From: an uncultured Gemmatimonadaceae bacterium
Lineage (GTDB): Bacteria > Gemmatimonadota > Gemmatimonadetes > Gemmatimonadales > Gemmatimonadaceae
NCBI GenBank assembly: GCA_963740355.1
Contig: CAVUDW010000002.1
Span: forward strand, 832,001-896,000
Direction of reading: 5' to 3'
Length of the DNA stretch: 64,000 nucleotides
Shown here: one piece after another, positions 42,118-53,503 of the stretch
How positions within the stretch are numbered: position 1 is the first letter of the stretch
How the letters are laid out: each line of letters starts with the position of its first letter
Notes under the pieces: model-generated
Told to the model about the DNA's origin: nothing
Database searches by the model: none
Seen by the model: the letters and a program-made list of their open reading frames with translations, nothing else
Translations under genes and position numbers: made by a program

Positions 42118-43148
42118 GCGACGGCTCCTGCCGCATGCGCAGTGGCGCGGCGTTCCGGCTCGACGACAAGGTGACACCGAGCGGAGCGACCATCGCCCAA
42201 CTGGTGCAGCGGCGGTGCCTCGGTGGTGCAGCGGCTCCACGCATACGAACAGCGATCAGCGAAGCGACAGCCAGTCGGCCATGCGCCGGGAGGCGGCACG
42301 GTACCGGGAATCGTGGTCAGGCGCTCGCGACGTGTTCCAGCGCGTGGCATGGCGGCGAGCAGGCCCTGTGTGTACGGATGCTGTGGTGCTGCGAAGAGGG
42401 CCGCGACAGGCGCTTCCTCGACGATCTGGCCAGCGTACATCACCGCCACTCGCTGTGCCGATTCCGCGACGACGCCGAGGTCGTGCGTGATGAGCAGCAT
42501 CGAGGCGCCGCGCGCTTGCTGCGCCTCACGCAACAGGTCGAGCAACTGCGCCTGGATCGTCACGTCGAGGGCGGTGGTCGGCTCGTCGGCGATGAGCAAG
42601 ACGGGATTCAGCACCAGCGCCATCGCAATCATGACGCGCTGTCGCATGCCACCGGAGAGCTGATGCGGAAACTGCTTCGCCCGGATTTCAGGCGAGGGGA
42701 TACCGACCGCACCAAGCATCGCCACGGCTTTCGCCCACGCCTCGCTGCGACTGTCGCCAGTGTGCGTCCGCACCACCTCGGCGATCTGCTCGCCGGCGGA
42801 ATACACCGGGTTGAGGGCAGTCATCGGCTCCTGGAAGATCATCGCAGCCTGACGCCCACGGATGCCGCGAAGCTCCTTGTCGCCGAGCTTCAATACGTCG
42901 CGGCCCTCGAACAGGATCTGGCTACCCGGTTCGATGCGGCCCGGCGACTCGATCAACCGGAGAATCGTGAGTGCCGTGAGTGACTTGCCGCAGCCACTCT
43001 CGCCGACCAGTGCCAGGGTCTCACCGCGTCGAATGTCGAACGAGACCCCATCCACCGGCGTGATCGTGCCGTCAGCTGTGCGGAAGGTGACACGCACATC
43101 ACGGAGCGAGAGAAGGGTGTCGGTCGGTGGTGTGCCTGTATCGGTCAT
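42114..43148 (-). CDS. Dipeptide/oligopeptide ABC ATPase (DppD/OppD)
   Basis: [28 protein letters not shown]. Confidence 0.93.
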   Translation of the reverse strand: MTDTGTPPTDTLLSLRDVRVTFRTADGTITPVDGVSFDIRRGETLALVGESGCGKSLTALTILRLIESPGRIEPGSQILFEGRDVLKLGDKELRGIRGRQAAMIFQEPMTALNPVYSAGEQIAEVVRTHTGDSRSEAWAKAVAMLGAVGIPSPEIRAKQFPHQLSGGMRQRVMIAMALVLNPVLLIADEPTTALDVTIQAQLLDLLREAQQARGASMLLITHDLGVVAESAQRVAVMYAGQIVEEAPVAALFAAPQHPYTQGLLAAMPRAGTRRERLTTIPGTVPPPGAWPTGCRFADRCSYAWSRCTTEAPPLHQLGDGRSARCHLVVEPERRATAHAAGAVA

Positions 43149-44020
43149 GGACGGGGAAGCTGCCGGGGAGCGAGCGCGTCGCGCAACCCATCACCGAGGG
43201 CGCTGACGGCAAGGACGACGACCACAAGACAAAAGCCGGGGGCGAGGGAGACCCACGGCGCGCTGGAAATGAACTCGGTGCCATCACCGATGATGTTGCC
43301 CCAGCTGGCGTCCGGCGGCTGGACGCCGATGCCGAGCCAGCTCAATCCTGCCTCGAGCACGATCACCTGGCCGATGGCGAGCGTGGCAGCGACGAGCACT
43401 GGTCCAAGCACATGCGGAAGGACATGGCGTGCCGCGATTCGGGTTGGCGACGCTCCCAGAGCCCGCGCGGCGAGCACGAAGTCGGCGCTCCGGATCGTGC
43501 GCGCCTCGCCTCGCACTAGCCGCGCGATGCCGAACCACCCGGTCACACCGAGCACCACTACCAGCAACCAGATCGGGACATGCGGTACGGCGGCCAACAG
43601 CGCCAGCAGCACCAATACCCGTGGAACGCTCATGCCGGCATCGACGCACCGCATCATCACCGTGTCGAGTCGGCCGCCCGCCAATCCCGACGTCATGCCC
43701 CACAGCACACCAACCAGCGTCTCGATGAAGACAGCGCCGAAGGCCACCGCAAGTGAGACACGGCCGCCGCTCAGCACTCGCGAGAGCACGTCACGCGAAT
43801 ACGTGTCGGTGCCGAGCAGGTGTTCGGCGCTGGGCGGCTGGTGCACGAGATGCGTGATGTCGAGCTGCTGGTAGGGCGCGTATGGGGTCAGCATGGGGCC
43901 CAGGATCGCCAGCGCCACCATGGCCGCGAGCGTGCCGGCCGCCAGCAGGCTTCGACGATCACGCCGCAGCGTCTGCACCACGTGACGCCAGTCGCCGCTG
44001 CTGATCTCGCGCGTGATCAT
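43145..44020 (-). CDS. Peptide ABC permease (DppC/OppC)
   Basis: [28 protein letters not shown]. Confidence 0.9.
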   Translation of the reverse strand: MITREISSGDWRHVVQTLRRDRRSLLAAGTLAAMVALAILGPMLTPYAPYQQLDITHLVHQPPSAEHLLGTDTYSRDVLSRVLSGGRVSLAVAFGAVFIETLVGVLWGMTSGLAGGRLDTVMMRCVDAGMSVPRVLVLLALLAAVPHVPIWLLVVVLGVTGWFGIARLVRGEARTIRSADFVLAARALGASPTRIAARHVLPHVLGPVLVAATLAIGQVIVLEAGLSWLGIGVQPPDASWGNIIGDGTEFISSAPWVSLAPGFCLVVVVLAVSALGDGLRDALAPRQLPRP

Positions 44021-45012
44021 GAATTCGTGCGCGTTGACGCGACTGCACTGTCGGCGGCACGCGGATCGAGTGACTGCGCCAGCAGGTCGGCCAGCGTGGA
44101 GCCGATCACCACCATGATCGAGCCGACCATCACACACCCCACGACGAGATGGTAGTCGCGCGACGCAATGGCACCGGCCGCCAACTGGCCCATGCCTGGC
44201 CACGCGAAGACGTGCTCGACGAAGACGGCACCACCAACCAGAGCAGGCAGCGCGAGTCCGCCCAGCGTGATCACCGGGCCGAGCGCGGTGCGCCACGCAT
44301 GTCGTCGGAAGACGGCACCGGGTGACACACCCTTCGCGGTCGCGGTGCGCACCCAGTCTGCCCCAAGCCGCTCGAGCAATGCGGCGCGTTGCTGTCGCGC
44401 CACCACCGCCGCCAGCAGTGTCACCAGCGTCAGCACCGGCAGGACCAGGTGCTTGATGCGGTCGAAAAAGATCGTCAGGCTCGATGCCGCGAGAGGCAGC
44501 AGCGGATCTGCGGCACCACCCACCGGAAAGATTCGAAGCCAGTAGGCACCACCCAAGAGGATCACCAACGCCAACCAGAAATCCGGCAACGCACCGCCAA
44601 TCAGCGTCAGCGCTCCGATCGCACGATCGGTGGCTCGGCCATGATTCGCGGCCTGGATCGCGCCGAGATACATGCCGATGGCGAACGACACCAGCAACGC
44701 CACACCCATCAGCCAGAGCGTATTCGGCAGTGCCTGCGCGATGGCGTGCGAGACGGTGGTGTTCATGCTCGTGGACCACCCCAGGTCCCCGTGCAGCAGC
44801 GACGACATCCATCGGACGTACTGCGTGCCGAGACCATCATCGAGGCCGTACGCCGCACGCCATTGTGCGCGCAATGCCGGCGTCAGTCGCGCGTTCTCCA
44901 GCGCATTCGAGAACGGATCGCCCGGCGCGAGTCGTACCAGCACGAAGGTGGCCGTCGCAACGATGGCGACGACCACGAATCCCTGCCAGAGCCGCTGGAT
45001 CAGCGCGCGCAC
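44017..45012 (-). CDS. Peptide ABC permease (DppB/OppB)
   Basis: APGDP, GDLGWS, VRTATAKG, FAWPGMG, RDY. Confidence 0.9.
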   Translation of the reverse strand: MRALIQRLWQGFVVVAIVATATFVLVRLAPGDPFSNALENARLTPALRAQWRAAYGLDDGLGTQYVRWMSSLLHGDLGWSTSMNTTVSHAIAQALPNTLWLMGVALLVSFAIGMYLGAIQAANHGRATDRAIGALTLIGGALPDFWLALVILLGGAYWLRIFPVGGAADPLLPLAASSLTIFFDRIKHLVLPVLTLVTLLAAVVARQQRAALLERLGADWVRTATAKGVSPGAVFRRHAWRTALGPVITLGGLALPALVGGAVFVEHVFAWPGMGQLAAGAIASRDYHLVVGCVMVGSIMVVIGSTLADLLAQSLDPRAADSAVASTRTNS

Positions 45013-45037
45013 ACGCCGGTGCTGCGTGCGAATGGCG

Positions 45038-46711
45038 TCAGCGTGCGGCGCCCGGTGCGGCGTCGCGCGCGATGCGCTTGTCGGCGGGAATGCGCCACTT
45101 CGCAATCCCGGCCCACCAGGAATCAGGGCGCATGCCAGTGGTGATGATGCGCGAGTGAATGGCCATCGTGCGTCGCGGTTCGGCGAGCCAGATGGCTGGC
45201 GCGTCATCGGCAATGATCCGCCACGCCGACGCGAAGTGTGATCGCATCATCGCTGGATCGAACGCCGCCATGGCCGTGTCGACCTGCGCGTCGAACGCCG
45301 GGTTGCGGTAGGCGCCAGGATTGTTGCCCCCTTCAGCGGCACCGGCACTGGTCCAGGTGTCGCGCACGCCGCCGGTGTTCGGGTCCGGGGCCCAGGCAGC
45401 AATCGCCGCGTCGAATTTCCGGCCGAAAAACTTGCCGCCGAAGCCGCCCATGTCGGAACTCTCGACCTTCACATCGGCACCGACGCGACGAAATTGCTCC
45501 TGGAGCAGCACGGCGGCCCGCATCCGCGGCACGCTGGTGGACGGCACTGCGATGCTGAAGCCAAGCACCTTGCCGTTCTTGCGGCGCAACGAATCTGCGC
45601 CGCGAACCCAGCCCGCTGCATCAAGTATCACATTCGCACTATCGACGTCGTATGGCAACGGCTTCAGCGACGGATCGTTGCTCGCGAGCGACGAGGAGAA
45701 CGGCCCGCGACCCTGCACGGCGAGCGAGTCGTAGATGTTGGCTACGATGCCACGCCGGTCGGTGGCCATCGTGAGCGCACGTCGCACGTTGCGATCACCG
45801 AAGATCGGGTGAGCGCCGCCTTTCACCGGGTCCACCAGGTTGAAGGTGAGGAAGTTGTAGTCGAGCGACGGCATCAGCACGAGACGCAGCTGCGGATTCT
45901 TTGCGACATCCGCCACCTTGTCGGGTCGCACGGCCTCGTAGAGGTCTGCCTCGCCGGTCGCGACGCGCGCGAACGCGGTCAGCGGGTCCGGCGAGACCGT
46001 GAAGAGCACGCGATCGAGCTGCGCGCGACGGCGTCCGCCAGTGGTATCCACCGCCAGCTCCAGCAGCTGCTTCGGCACCCACCGTGACACGCGGAATGGT
46101 CCACTGCCCACTGGCATCGTGGCCAGTGGCGACGATGCCAGCTTGCTACGATCGACCGCTGCCAGCGCATGTTCCGGCAAGATGTAGAGCTGATACACGA
46201 GGTCGAAAAACTGCTCCGGCTTGCGCGCATGGAAATACGCCACCGCGGTATGCGTATCGGTGGCACGCACGGAGTCGATGTTCGCCAGCAGCGGTGCGGT
46301 CGGTGAGGCCGTCTTCTTGTCGGTGTACAGCGCGAAGCTGAACGCGACGTCCTTGGCGGTCACTGGCGCTCCATCATGCCAGCGTGACGTCGAGTCGAGA
46401 CGGAACGCGATCGAGAGTGAATCCGCCGACCAGGTCCAGCTCTGTGCCAACGAGGGGGTGAAACCCTTGTCGCCAATGGTGTTCAACTCGGGACTGATCT
46501 CGGCGAGGTGCTCGAAGACGAGATCCTCGATCTGGCGACCCGAGAGGGTGTTGGTGATTGGCGGGATCAGGTTGTCAGGCTCGGCCGGCGTCGAGATCAC
46601 GACCGTACCGCCCGGTGAGTCGGCTGCCGCCGAGGGCTTTACGTCGGACCCGCCGCCGCAGGCAGCGATGCCGAGCAGGGGCAGCCAACGAATCACGCGC
46701 AGATTCGACAT
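45038..46711 (-). CDS. Peptide ABC substrate-binding lipoprotein (family 5)
   Basis: Lipobox IAAC, LAQSW, WHDGAPVTAKDV, GSGPF. Confidence 0.9.
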   Translation of the reverse strand: MSNLRVIRWLPLLGIAACGGGSDVKPSAAADSPGGTVVISTPAEPDNLIPPITNTLSGRQIEDLVFEHLAEISPELNTIGDKGFTPSLAQSWTWSADSLSIAFRLDSTSRWHDGAPVTAKDVAFSFALYTDKKTASPTAPLLANIDSVRATDTHTAVAYFHARKPEQFFDLVYQLYILPEHALAAVDRSKLASSPLATMPVGSGPFRVSRWVPKQLLELAVDTTGGRRRAQLDRVLFTVSPDPLTAFARVATGEADLYEAVRPDKVADVAKNPQLRLVLMPSLDYNFLTFNLVDPVKGGAHPIFGDRNVRRALTMATDRRGIVANIYDSLAVQGRGPFSSSLASNDPSLKPLPYDVDSANVILDAAGWVRGADSLRRKNGKVLGFSIAVPSTSVPRMRAAVLLQEQFRRVGADVKVESSDMGGFGGKFFGRKFDAAIAAWAPDPNTGGVRDTWTSAGAAEGGNNPGAYRNPAFDAQVDTAMAAFDPAMMRSHFASAWRIIADDAPAIWLAEPRRTMAIHSRIITTGMRPDSWWAGIAKWRIPADKRIARDAAPGAAR

Positions 46712-46749
46712 GGAGATGGACAACGGAAATTGGGGGAAGGCGACGACGG

Positions 46750-47541
46750 TCATCGACGCCACGTCCAGCGGGGATCACGATAGCGACTCAACGCTGCCTC
46801 GACATGGTGCGATGGAAGATCGGTGTCGGACAGCGGCACGATCACACCTGTCGCGGCACGAGACACCGCCGACACGATGGCGTCGACCACCATCGCCGGT
46901 GAGATGTCGGCACGCGTCGCGCGCAACGTGGCCGGAGGCGGCACCGTCGGGAGAGGGACGAGTGCCAGCTCGCGGAGTAATTCCTGATCGTTCTCGAGCA
47001 GGATCGACCCGTGCTGAAGGAAGGCGTCGGCGCCACGATGCTGGGCGGAGCCGACGAGCTTTCGTGCTCCAACCACCAATTCCCCTGCCGATGGCGACTC
47101 GAAGCAGGGGGCCAGGCCCGGGCTGGGGGTGCGCTCGCTGGGCATGGCGCGGGACGCCAGCACGCCGAGCGCCTGCAGGGCGTCGAGCAGCACGACATTG
47201 ATGGCGTCATAACCCCGGCGCAAAGACGTTGCTGCCGAGCTCGGTGCGGCGATGCTGTAGGTCACCTCGCGACCGTGCAGCAGGGCGCGGCCGCCGGTCA
47301 GACGGCGGACCACGGGCACGCCAAGCGCCTCACAGCGTTCACAGCTGTAGATCCCACCAGTGCGCTGGTTCCGGCCAAACGAGACGGATGGTGTCGCCCA
47401 GCTGTAGAGCCGCACGAACGTGGCACCTTGCTCGACCGCCGCGCCCAGCATCGCCTCGTCGAGCGCCATGTTGGTGACGGCGTCCCGCGGTGGGCTGCAG
47501 ATGAGGTGAACGGAGGCGCTCCACAACGAATGATCGGGCAC
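46750..47541 (-). CDS. Lipoate-protein ligase A / LipM-like octanoyltransferase (start uncertain)
   Basis: NMALDEA, RLYSW..PSVSFG, VRRLTGGRALLH, CF...S..E, KLVGSAQ, LQHGS. Confidence 0.85.
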   Translation of the reverse strand: MPDHSLWSASVHLICSPPRDAVTNMALDEAMLGAAVEQGATFVRLYSWATPSVSFGRNQRTGGIYSCERCEALGVPVVRRLTGGRALLHGREVTYSIAAPSSAATSLRRGYDAINVVLLDALQALGVLASRAMPSERTPSPGLAPCFESPSAGELVVGARKLVGSAQHRGADAFLQHGSILLENDQELLRELALVPLPTVPPPATLRATRADISPAMVVDAIVSAVSRAATGVIVPLSDTDLPSHHVEAALSRYRDPRWTWRR

Positions 47542-47709
47542 GACGAGGGCGGGGCAGTGGTGACGCAGTGGTGACCCGGCCACCGCTGTGGCCGCTGGCA
47601 GGGATTACGTTTACGAGGCGTCCGCCGGAGACTCCGTATGAGACGCCGCCATCCGATACCAATCTGACGATCGGGCGCGCGCTCTGGGCGCCCTGTGGAG
47701 TTTAGCCGC

Positions 47710-50613
47710 ATGGCCGTTCCTGTTCGCTCCGCCTCCGCTGCACCGGCCGCGCTCGACGATTCCGGGAGCTTCATCCAGCGCCACATCGGCCCGACGCCCG
47801 ATGAGGTCTCCTCGATGCTCGCGACGCTGGGATACGCGTCCCTCGATGCGCTGGTCGATGCCACCATTCCCGAATCGATCCGCTTCCGCCGCCTGCTCAA
47901 CCTTCCGCCCGCCGAAAGCGAGCATGATGCACTGACGCGCCTGAAGTCGATCGCGTCGAAGAACGAGGTTTTCACGTCCTACCTCGGTCAGGGCTACTAC
48001 AACACGATCGTGCCCGCCGTCATCCAGCGCACGGTGCTCGAGAACCCAGGCTGGTACACCGCCTACACGCCCTATCAGGCGGAAATTGCGCAGGGACGGC
48101 TCGAGGCGTTGCTGAATTTCCAGACGATGGTGATCGATCTCACCGGGCTGCCGATCGCGAACGCATCGCTGCTCGATGAAGCGACGTCGGCGGCCGAGGC
48201 GATGGCGCTGTCGCACGCGGCCGTGAGCGGCAATCGATCGAAGTTCTTCGTGGCCTCGGACTGTCATCCACAGACGATCGCGGTAGTGCAGACACGCGCC
48301 GAGTCGCGCGGCTGGACGGTCGTGGTGGGCGAGGCGGCATCCGCAGCACTGACGCCGGAGTACTTCGGCGCGCTGATCCAGTATCCGACCACCGACGGCG
48401 CCATCGTCGACTACTCGAGCTTCTGCGAGCAGGCGCACGCCGCCGGCGTGCTGGTGACGGCGGCCACCGACTTGATGGCGCTCACGCTCCTCACGCCCCC
48501 TGGCGAATGGGGTGCCGACATCGCCGTCGGTAGCGCACAGCGTTTCGGTGTGCCGATGGGCTACGGCGGACCGCACGCGGCGTTTTTTGCCACGCGCGAC
48601 GAGTTCAAGCGCCTGCTCCCCGGCCGCATCATCGGCGTCAGCCGCGATAGCCACGGTGCGCCGGCATTGCGCATGGCACTGCAGACGCGCGAGCAGCACA
48701 TCCGCCGCGAGAAGGCGACCAGCAACGTCTGCACGGCGCAGGTGCTGCTGTCGGTGATGGCCAGCATGTATGGTGTTTACCATGGGCCGGTTGGCCTGAC
48801 GCGCATTGCGCGGCGCATCCAGCGGCTGACCGGGATCTTTGTCGCCGGGCTGGACAAGCTGGGCCTGCAGGTGTTGCACGAGCACTACTTCGACACCGTG
48901 CGGGTGGAAGTCGGCGTGCATGGCATGCAGGACATCATGGCTGCGGCGGTTGCGCATCGCGTCAATCTCCGTCGCCTCAGCGAAGGGTCGATCGGCGTGG
49001 CGTTCGACGAGACGACGTCACTGGCCGATGTCGCCACGTTGCTCACGATCTTCAACGGCGGCGAGTCGAGTGGCCTCGACATCGAGGCATTGGCGGCCGA
49101 CACCAATCCGCGCTACGACGAGCGTTTTGCGCGCACGTCGCCGTTCATGACGCACCCGGTGTTCAACACCCACCACAGCGAAACCGCGATGCTGCGCTAC
49201 ATCAAGCAGCTCGAGGCGAAGGACCTGTCGCTGTGCCACTCGATGATCGCCCTCGGCAGCTGCACGATGAAGCTCAACGCGGCCACCGAGATGTACCCGG
49301 TGACGTGGGCCGAGTTTGGCCAGCTGCATCCGTTCGCGCCGCGCGAACAGGCGACCGGCTATGCCCAGATGTTCGAGGAGCTGGAAGCGGCGCTGGCCGA
49401 TGTGACTGGCTTCGCTGCCGTGTCGCTGCAGCCGAACGCCGGCTCACAGGGTGAATACGCCGGCCTGCTCACGATCCGTCGCTACCATCAGGCGCGCGGC
49501 GAAGGGCACCGTACTGTCTGCCTGATTCCGGCTAGCGCGCACGGCACAAACCCCGCCAGTGCGGCCATGTGCGGCATGACGATCGTAGCCGTGAAGACCG
49601 CGCCGAACGGCAACATCGACGTGGCAGACCTGAAGGCGAAGGCCACCGAGCATGCCGCCAACCTGGCCGCGTTGATGGTCACCTATCCGAGCACACACGG
49701 TGTGTTCGAGGAAGAGATCGCCGACATCTGTGCCGCGATTCATGCACATGGTGGTCAGGTGTACATGGACGGCGCGAACATGAACGCGATGGTTGGCGTC
49801 TGTCGCCCAGGCGACATCGGGGCCGACGTCTGCCACCTGAACCTGCACAAGACGTTCTGCATTCCGCACGGTGGTGGTGGGCCGGGCATGGGGCCGATCG
49901 GTGTGGCCGCGCATCTCGTGCCACACCTGCCGGGCCATGCGCCTGCGGGCCTTGGCACCGAGCAGAGCTCGGGCGCGGTGAGTGCGGCGCCGTTCGGCAG
50001 CGCCAGTATCCTGCCGATCAGCTACCTCTACATCCGCATGATGGGTGCAGAAGGGCTGGCCTACGCCACCAAGATCGCGATCCTCAACGCGAACTACGTC
50101 GCGAAGCGTCTCGAGCATGCGTATCCGGTGCTCTACAAGGGACCGAATGGCACCGTGGCGCATGAGTGCATCGTGGATCCGCGTCCGTTGAAGGTCAGCG
50201 CCGGCATCGAGGTCGAGGACATCACCAAGCGACTGATGGACTACGGCTTCCATGCGCCCACGGTGAGCTTCCCGGTGGCGGGCACGCTGATGATCGAGCC
50301 GACCGAATCGGAGAACAAGGCCGAGCTGGATCGGTTCGTCGACGCGATGCTGTCGATCCGTGAAGAAGTGGCGCAGGTGGAGCGTGGCGAACTGCCGCGC
50401 GATGACAATCCGCTCAAGCATGCACCGCACACCGCCAGCGCCGTGATCAGCGACGCCTGGACACATGCGTATTCGCGTGACCAGGCGGCATTCCCGTCGG
50501 CCGCCGTGCGCGCGGCAAAGTTCTGGCCGAGTGTGGGCCGGATCGAAAGCGCCTATGGTGATCGCCATCTCGTCTGCAGCTGCTTGCCGATGGAAGAGTA
50601 CGCGCAAGCCTGA
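47710..50613 (+). CDS. gcvP: Glycine dehydrogenase (aminomethyl-transferring)
   Basis: [24 protein letters not shown] site [18 protein letters not shown]. Confidence 0.98.
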   Translation: MAVPVRSASAAPAALDDSGSFIQRHIGPTPDEVSSMLATLGYASLDALVDATIPESIRFRRLLNLPPAESEHDALTRLKSIASKNEVFTSYLGQGYYNTIVPAVIQRTVLENPGWYTAYTPYQAEIAQGRLEALLNFQTMVIDLTGLPIANASLLDEATSAAEAMALSHAAVSGNRSKFFVASDCHPQTIAVVQTRAESRGWTVVVGEAASAALTPEYFGALIQYPTTDGAIVDYSSFCEQAHAAGVLVTAATDLMALTLLTPPGEWGADIAVGSAQRFGVPMGYGGPHAAFFATRDEFKRLLPGRIIGVSRDSHGAPALRMALQTREQHIRREKATSNVCTAQVLLSVMASMYGVYHGPVGLTRIARRIQRLTGIFVAGLDKLGLQVLHEHYFDTVRVEVGVHGMQDIMAAAVAHRVNLRRLSEGSIGVAFDETTSLADVATLLTIFNGGESSGLDIEALAADTNPRYDERFARTSPFMTHPVFNTHHSETAMLRYIKQLEAKDLSLCHSMIALGSCTMKLNAATEMYPVTWAEFGQLHPFAPREQATGYAQMFEELEAALADVTGFAAVSLQPNAGSQGEYAGLLTIRRYHQARGEGHRTVCLIPASAHGTNPASAAMCGMTIVAVKTAPNGNIDVADLKAKATEHAANLAALMVTYPSTHGVFEEEIADICAAIHAHGGQVYMDGANMNAMVGVCRPGDIGADVCHLNLHKTFCIPHGGGGPGMGPIGVAAHLVPHLPGHAPAGLGTEQSSGAVSAAPFGSASILPISYLYIRMMGAEGLAYATKIAILNANYVAKRLEHAYPVLYKGPNGTVAHECIVDPRPLKVSAGIEVEDITKRLMDYGFHAPTVSFPVAGTLMIEPTESENKAELDRFVDAMLSIREEVAQVERGELPRDDNPLKHAPHTASAVISDAWTHAYSRDQAAFPSAAVRAAKFWPSVGRIESAYGDRHLVCSCLPMEEYAQA

Positions 50614-50631
50614 CCCGCGATGCGCACGAAC

Positions 50632-50675
50632 GCAGAAGGCCGGCTCCAGATCGTGGAGCCGGCCTTCTGCATTTT
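50632..50675. terminator. Hairpin terminator between convergent gcvP and gcvH
   Basis: Perfect 17-bp stem GCAGAAGGCCGGCTCCA / TGGAGCCGGCCTTCTGC followed by ATTTT. Confidence 0.8.
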
Positions 50676-50719
50676 CCGCCATATCGTCCGGCGGCGCCAA
50701 TGGTGCGCCGCTACGACAG

Positions 50720-51109
50720 CTACTCGCCGAGGAGCGACTTGTAGTCGGCCGCGCTCATCAGCGCCGCACGCGCGCCCTTGTCGGCGACCTTCATCTTGAT
50801 CATCCAGCCATCGCCGAAGGGATCGGTGTTCACCAGTGCCGGTTCGCCATCGAGGCGCGGGTTCACTTCGACGATCTCACCGGCCAACGGCGAATACAGC
50901 TCGCTGACGGCCTTCACGGCCTCGATGGTGCCGAACACCGCGTGTTCCGCGAACGTGCTGCCGACCTTGGGCAGGTCGAGATACACGATGTCACCCAGTT
51001 CGCCCTGCGCGTAGTCGGTGATGCCGATGGTCACGATGTCAGCATCGGCGGCGCCGGCGACATACTCGTGATCCTTCGTGTACTGAAGATTGGCAGGAAT
51101 CTGCGACAC
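50720..51109 (-). CDS. gcvH: Glycine cleavage system H protein
   Basis: YTKDHE, GITDYAQ..LGDIV, IEAVKA lipoyl Lys, VNTDP.GDGW. Confidence 0.96.
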   Translation of the reverse strand: MSQIPANLQYTKDHEYVAGAADADIVTIGITDYAQGELGDIVYLDLPKVGSTFAEHAVFGTIEAVKAVSELYSPLAGEIVEVNPRLDGEPALVNTDPFGDGWMIKMKVADKGARAALMSAADYKSLLGE

Positions 51110-51148
51110 TGAGTGCTCCGAAAATTCGGGTGAGAGATGGCGATGAGT

Positions 51149-51775
51149 TTAGACCGTGGCGTTGGACTCGGCAACCGCGGCCCATTGCGACACCCGACTC
51201 CACGCTGCGTCGATGCGCGTGTGCAGCGTGGCCAGATCCGCATCATTGTCGATCACGATGTCGGCGCGTCCCCGCTTCAGCGGCGCCGGCAACTGCGCGT
51301 GCACGCGATCGAGCGCTGCGCTTTCGCGCATGCCGCGATCGTGCACGAGCCGGTCGATCCGGGTCGCGACCGGCGCGTCGACCAGCACGATGCGTGGGAA
51401 TTGCCATGCCAGTCGCGCCTCGAAGAGCAGGGGGATGTCACAGACCAATAACTGCCTGCCCTCGCGGCGCGCGTCGGCCACGGCGACTTCCCGGGCGGCC
51501 TGGATCGCCGGATGGAGCATGGCCTCGAGTGCCGTCCGGGCCGTCGCGTCGTGAAAGACATGTGTCCCCAGCCGCGCCCGGTCGAGGGTGCCGTCCGGGT
51601 GCAGCATCTCGGTCCCGAACCGGGCCACGATCGCCGCCAGCGCCGGCGTGCCGGGTGCGACCGCTGCGCGAGCGGCGGTATCGCTGTCGATCAGCCCAGC
51701 TCCACGGGCGACGAACGCCGCCGCGACGGTCGATTTGCCCGCGGCAATGTTTCCCGTCAGCCCGAGCAGCAGCAT
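51149..51775 (-). CDS. coaE: Dephospho-CoA kinase
   Basis: GLTGNIAAGKS, LDRARLG, DIPLLFE, IVIDND. Confidence 0.93.
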   Translation of the reverse strand: MLLLGLTGNIAAGKSTVAAAFVARGAGLIDSDTAARAAVAPGTPALAAIVARFGTEMLHPDGTLDRARLGTHVFHDATARTALEAMLHPAIQAAREVAVADARREGRQLLVCDIPLLFEARLAWQFPRIVLVDAPVATRIDRLVHDRGMRESAALDRVHAQLPAPLKRGRADIVIDNDADLATLHTRIDAAWSRVSQWAAVAESNATV

Positions 51776-52026
51776 CAGGACTCGGCCTGCCTAGCGAAGG
51801 CGAGCGTGGTCTGGGCCGCGGCGAGAGCCGCCGACGGCACCATCAAGGTCACACCCCGCGCCGAAAAACCCTGAAAGGCGGAGCCGAACAGGCCGACCGA
51901 GTCGTTGCTGCGGATGATGGCGGGGATTCCGGCGCCATCGAGGATGGCAACGGCGATGCTGGCTTCCAACTCGTTGCCGAACTCGCGGCAAGGGACCCAG
52001 TGGGACCCGGGGGACGAGGCAGGCAC
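51775..52026 (-). CDS. DUF2007-like small protein (start uncertain)
   Basis: F.NELEA.IA.AILDGAGI...V.LMV pattern. Confidence 0.6.
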   Translation of the reverse strand: MPASSPGSHWVPCREFGNELEASIAVAILDGAGIPAIIRSNDSVGLFGSAFQGFSARGVTLMVPSAALAAAQTTLAFARQAES

Positions 52027-52229
52027 GATGGCGGCGGTTGAGGCTGGTGGAACTGGCGGATGGAGCGGGCGGCCGAGGTGCCGACACTCGCGAACGTACC
52101 CCCGTCGGCGGCCGACTGCACGGTCAGCTGGGGGCGAACGATGCCTCGGCGGCCCTTCCGAACGTTGCCCCGTCCTCATCTGTTCGTCTCAGGGCGTTCG
52201 CTCGTTCGCTTCCATCCGGAGCCACGCCC

Positions 52230-52811
52230 TTGTCCCAGACTCCCCGATCGCTGCGCCACGGCCAGTCGTTTGTTGGGCTGCTGGTGGTGCTGCTGGTGCT
52301 GACCCTTCTGACGGCGTTCGCCGCCCCGCGGGTCGACCTGACGCGTTTCCGGTCGGATGCGATCGCGCGGCAGGCCGCCGCAGTGTTCTCGGCGGCGTCT
52401 CGCACGGCTCGCCAGCGACGGCATGACGTGGTGGTGAAGGTCGATTCGAGCGGGAAGCGGCTGGGAGTGGTGGACGACCGCAACGGCAACGGGCAGCGCG
52501 ATCCAGGGGAGTCGGAAGTCTGGACTGACCTCGATCCCAGCGCCGACATCCTCGATCCGCCATCGCCGCTGCCGACCATCTCGGCCAGCAGTGCGCGGCG
52601 ACCGCTGCACACCGCCGGTCTGGCGCCGCCCGTTTCCGTGGGCTCGGTGGCGTTTCGGCGGAGCGGCGGGACGAGTGCCGATTTCGTGCTCTACCTGACG
52701 AGTGACCCTGGCCTGCCGAGTGCGTGGCGGGCCGTGCATGTGGCGAGCCGGACCGGCTTGGTCCAGCTGTGGCGGTTTGATGGGACCCGATGGGCGCGGG
52801 GTCGGACCTGA
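52230..52811 (+). CDS. GspH/FimT-like pseudopilin with a degenerate cleavage motif
   Basis: GGAG RBS plus TTG start; HG|QSFVGLLVVLLVL; DRNGNG; C-terminal WRAV.V..RTG.VQLWRF.G.RW. Confidence 0.65.
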   Translation: MSQTPRSLRHGQSFVGLLVVLLVLTLLTAFAAPRVDLTRFRSDAIARQAAAVFSAASRTARQRRHDVVVKVDSSGKRLGVVDDRNGNGQRDPGESEVWTDLDPSADILDPPSPLPTISASSARRPLHTAGLAPPVSVGSVAFRRSGGTSADFVLYLTSDPGLPSAWRAVHVASRTGLVQLWRFDGTRWARGRT

Positions 52812-52945
52812 CCTGAGCCTGGCGGCCCCACCCGGGCGCGAGGTCCCACGGGAGATGTGCATGAAGCGAGCCGGGCCGTTACCACGGTCCCGTTCGGTCG
52901 TCTGCCTGTGTGGAACGTCTAACCTCGTAGCCCCGGTAGGTCCCT

Positions 52946-53503
52946 ATGCAGATGTCGCGACGAAGCGGCTTCTCGATGATCGAGATGTTGACGACCCTCA
53001 TCATCATGGGGATCGTCGCCGCGATGGCGGTGCCGAAGATGGATCTGGCACACATGAAGAGTGACGCCGCCTTGCGCCAGGTGACGACGTTCTTCGTCCA
53101 GGCGCAGCGCACGGCGCTGACGAAGCAATACAACGTGATCGTGAGCTTCGACGTGCCGAACAATCGGTTGCGTCTGATCGAGGACAAGAACAACTCGAAC
53201 TCACTGGACGCGGGCGACCGATCGATGTGGATGGGCCTGGAGCCTGGCACCACGTTCAAGGCACCGCCGACCGGCATCGATGGAATGAATGGCGTCGTCA
53301 TCTTCCTCAAGCCGAAGACCGTCGATGGATACCCCTCGGTGATCTTTCGCAGGAATGGTGCCGCGAGTTCAGATGGTGCCGTGTTCTTCAGCAGCAAACA
53401 AACCGATCTCGGTTCACTGCGCGCCGTGGCGATCACCCAAAGCACGGGTCGCGCAGATCCATATAAATACAGCGGGACCGCATGGGTCCGGGCGGGCGCA
53501 TGA
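52946..53503 (+). CDS. FimT/GspH-like minor pilin
   Basis: RRSG|FSMIEMLTTLIIMGI. Confidence 0.85.
   Translation: MQMSRRSGFSMIEMLTTLIIMGIVAAMAVPKMDLAHMKSDAALRQVTTFFVQAQRTALTKQYNVIVSFDVPNNRLRLIEDKNNSNSLDAGDRSMWMGLEPGTTFKAPPTGIDGMNGVVIFLKPKTVDGYPSVIFRRNGAASSDGAVFFSSKQTDLGSLRAVAITQSTGRADPYKYSGTAWVRAGA

Noticed and set aside
47590..47709. Glycine riboswitch upstream of gcvP
   Set aside because: GGAGA...CGCCG is present, but the conserved GAAG and CTCAGG elements are missing
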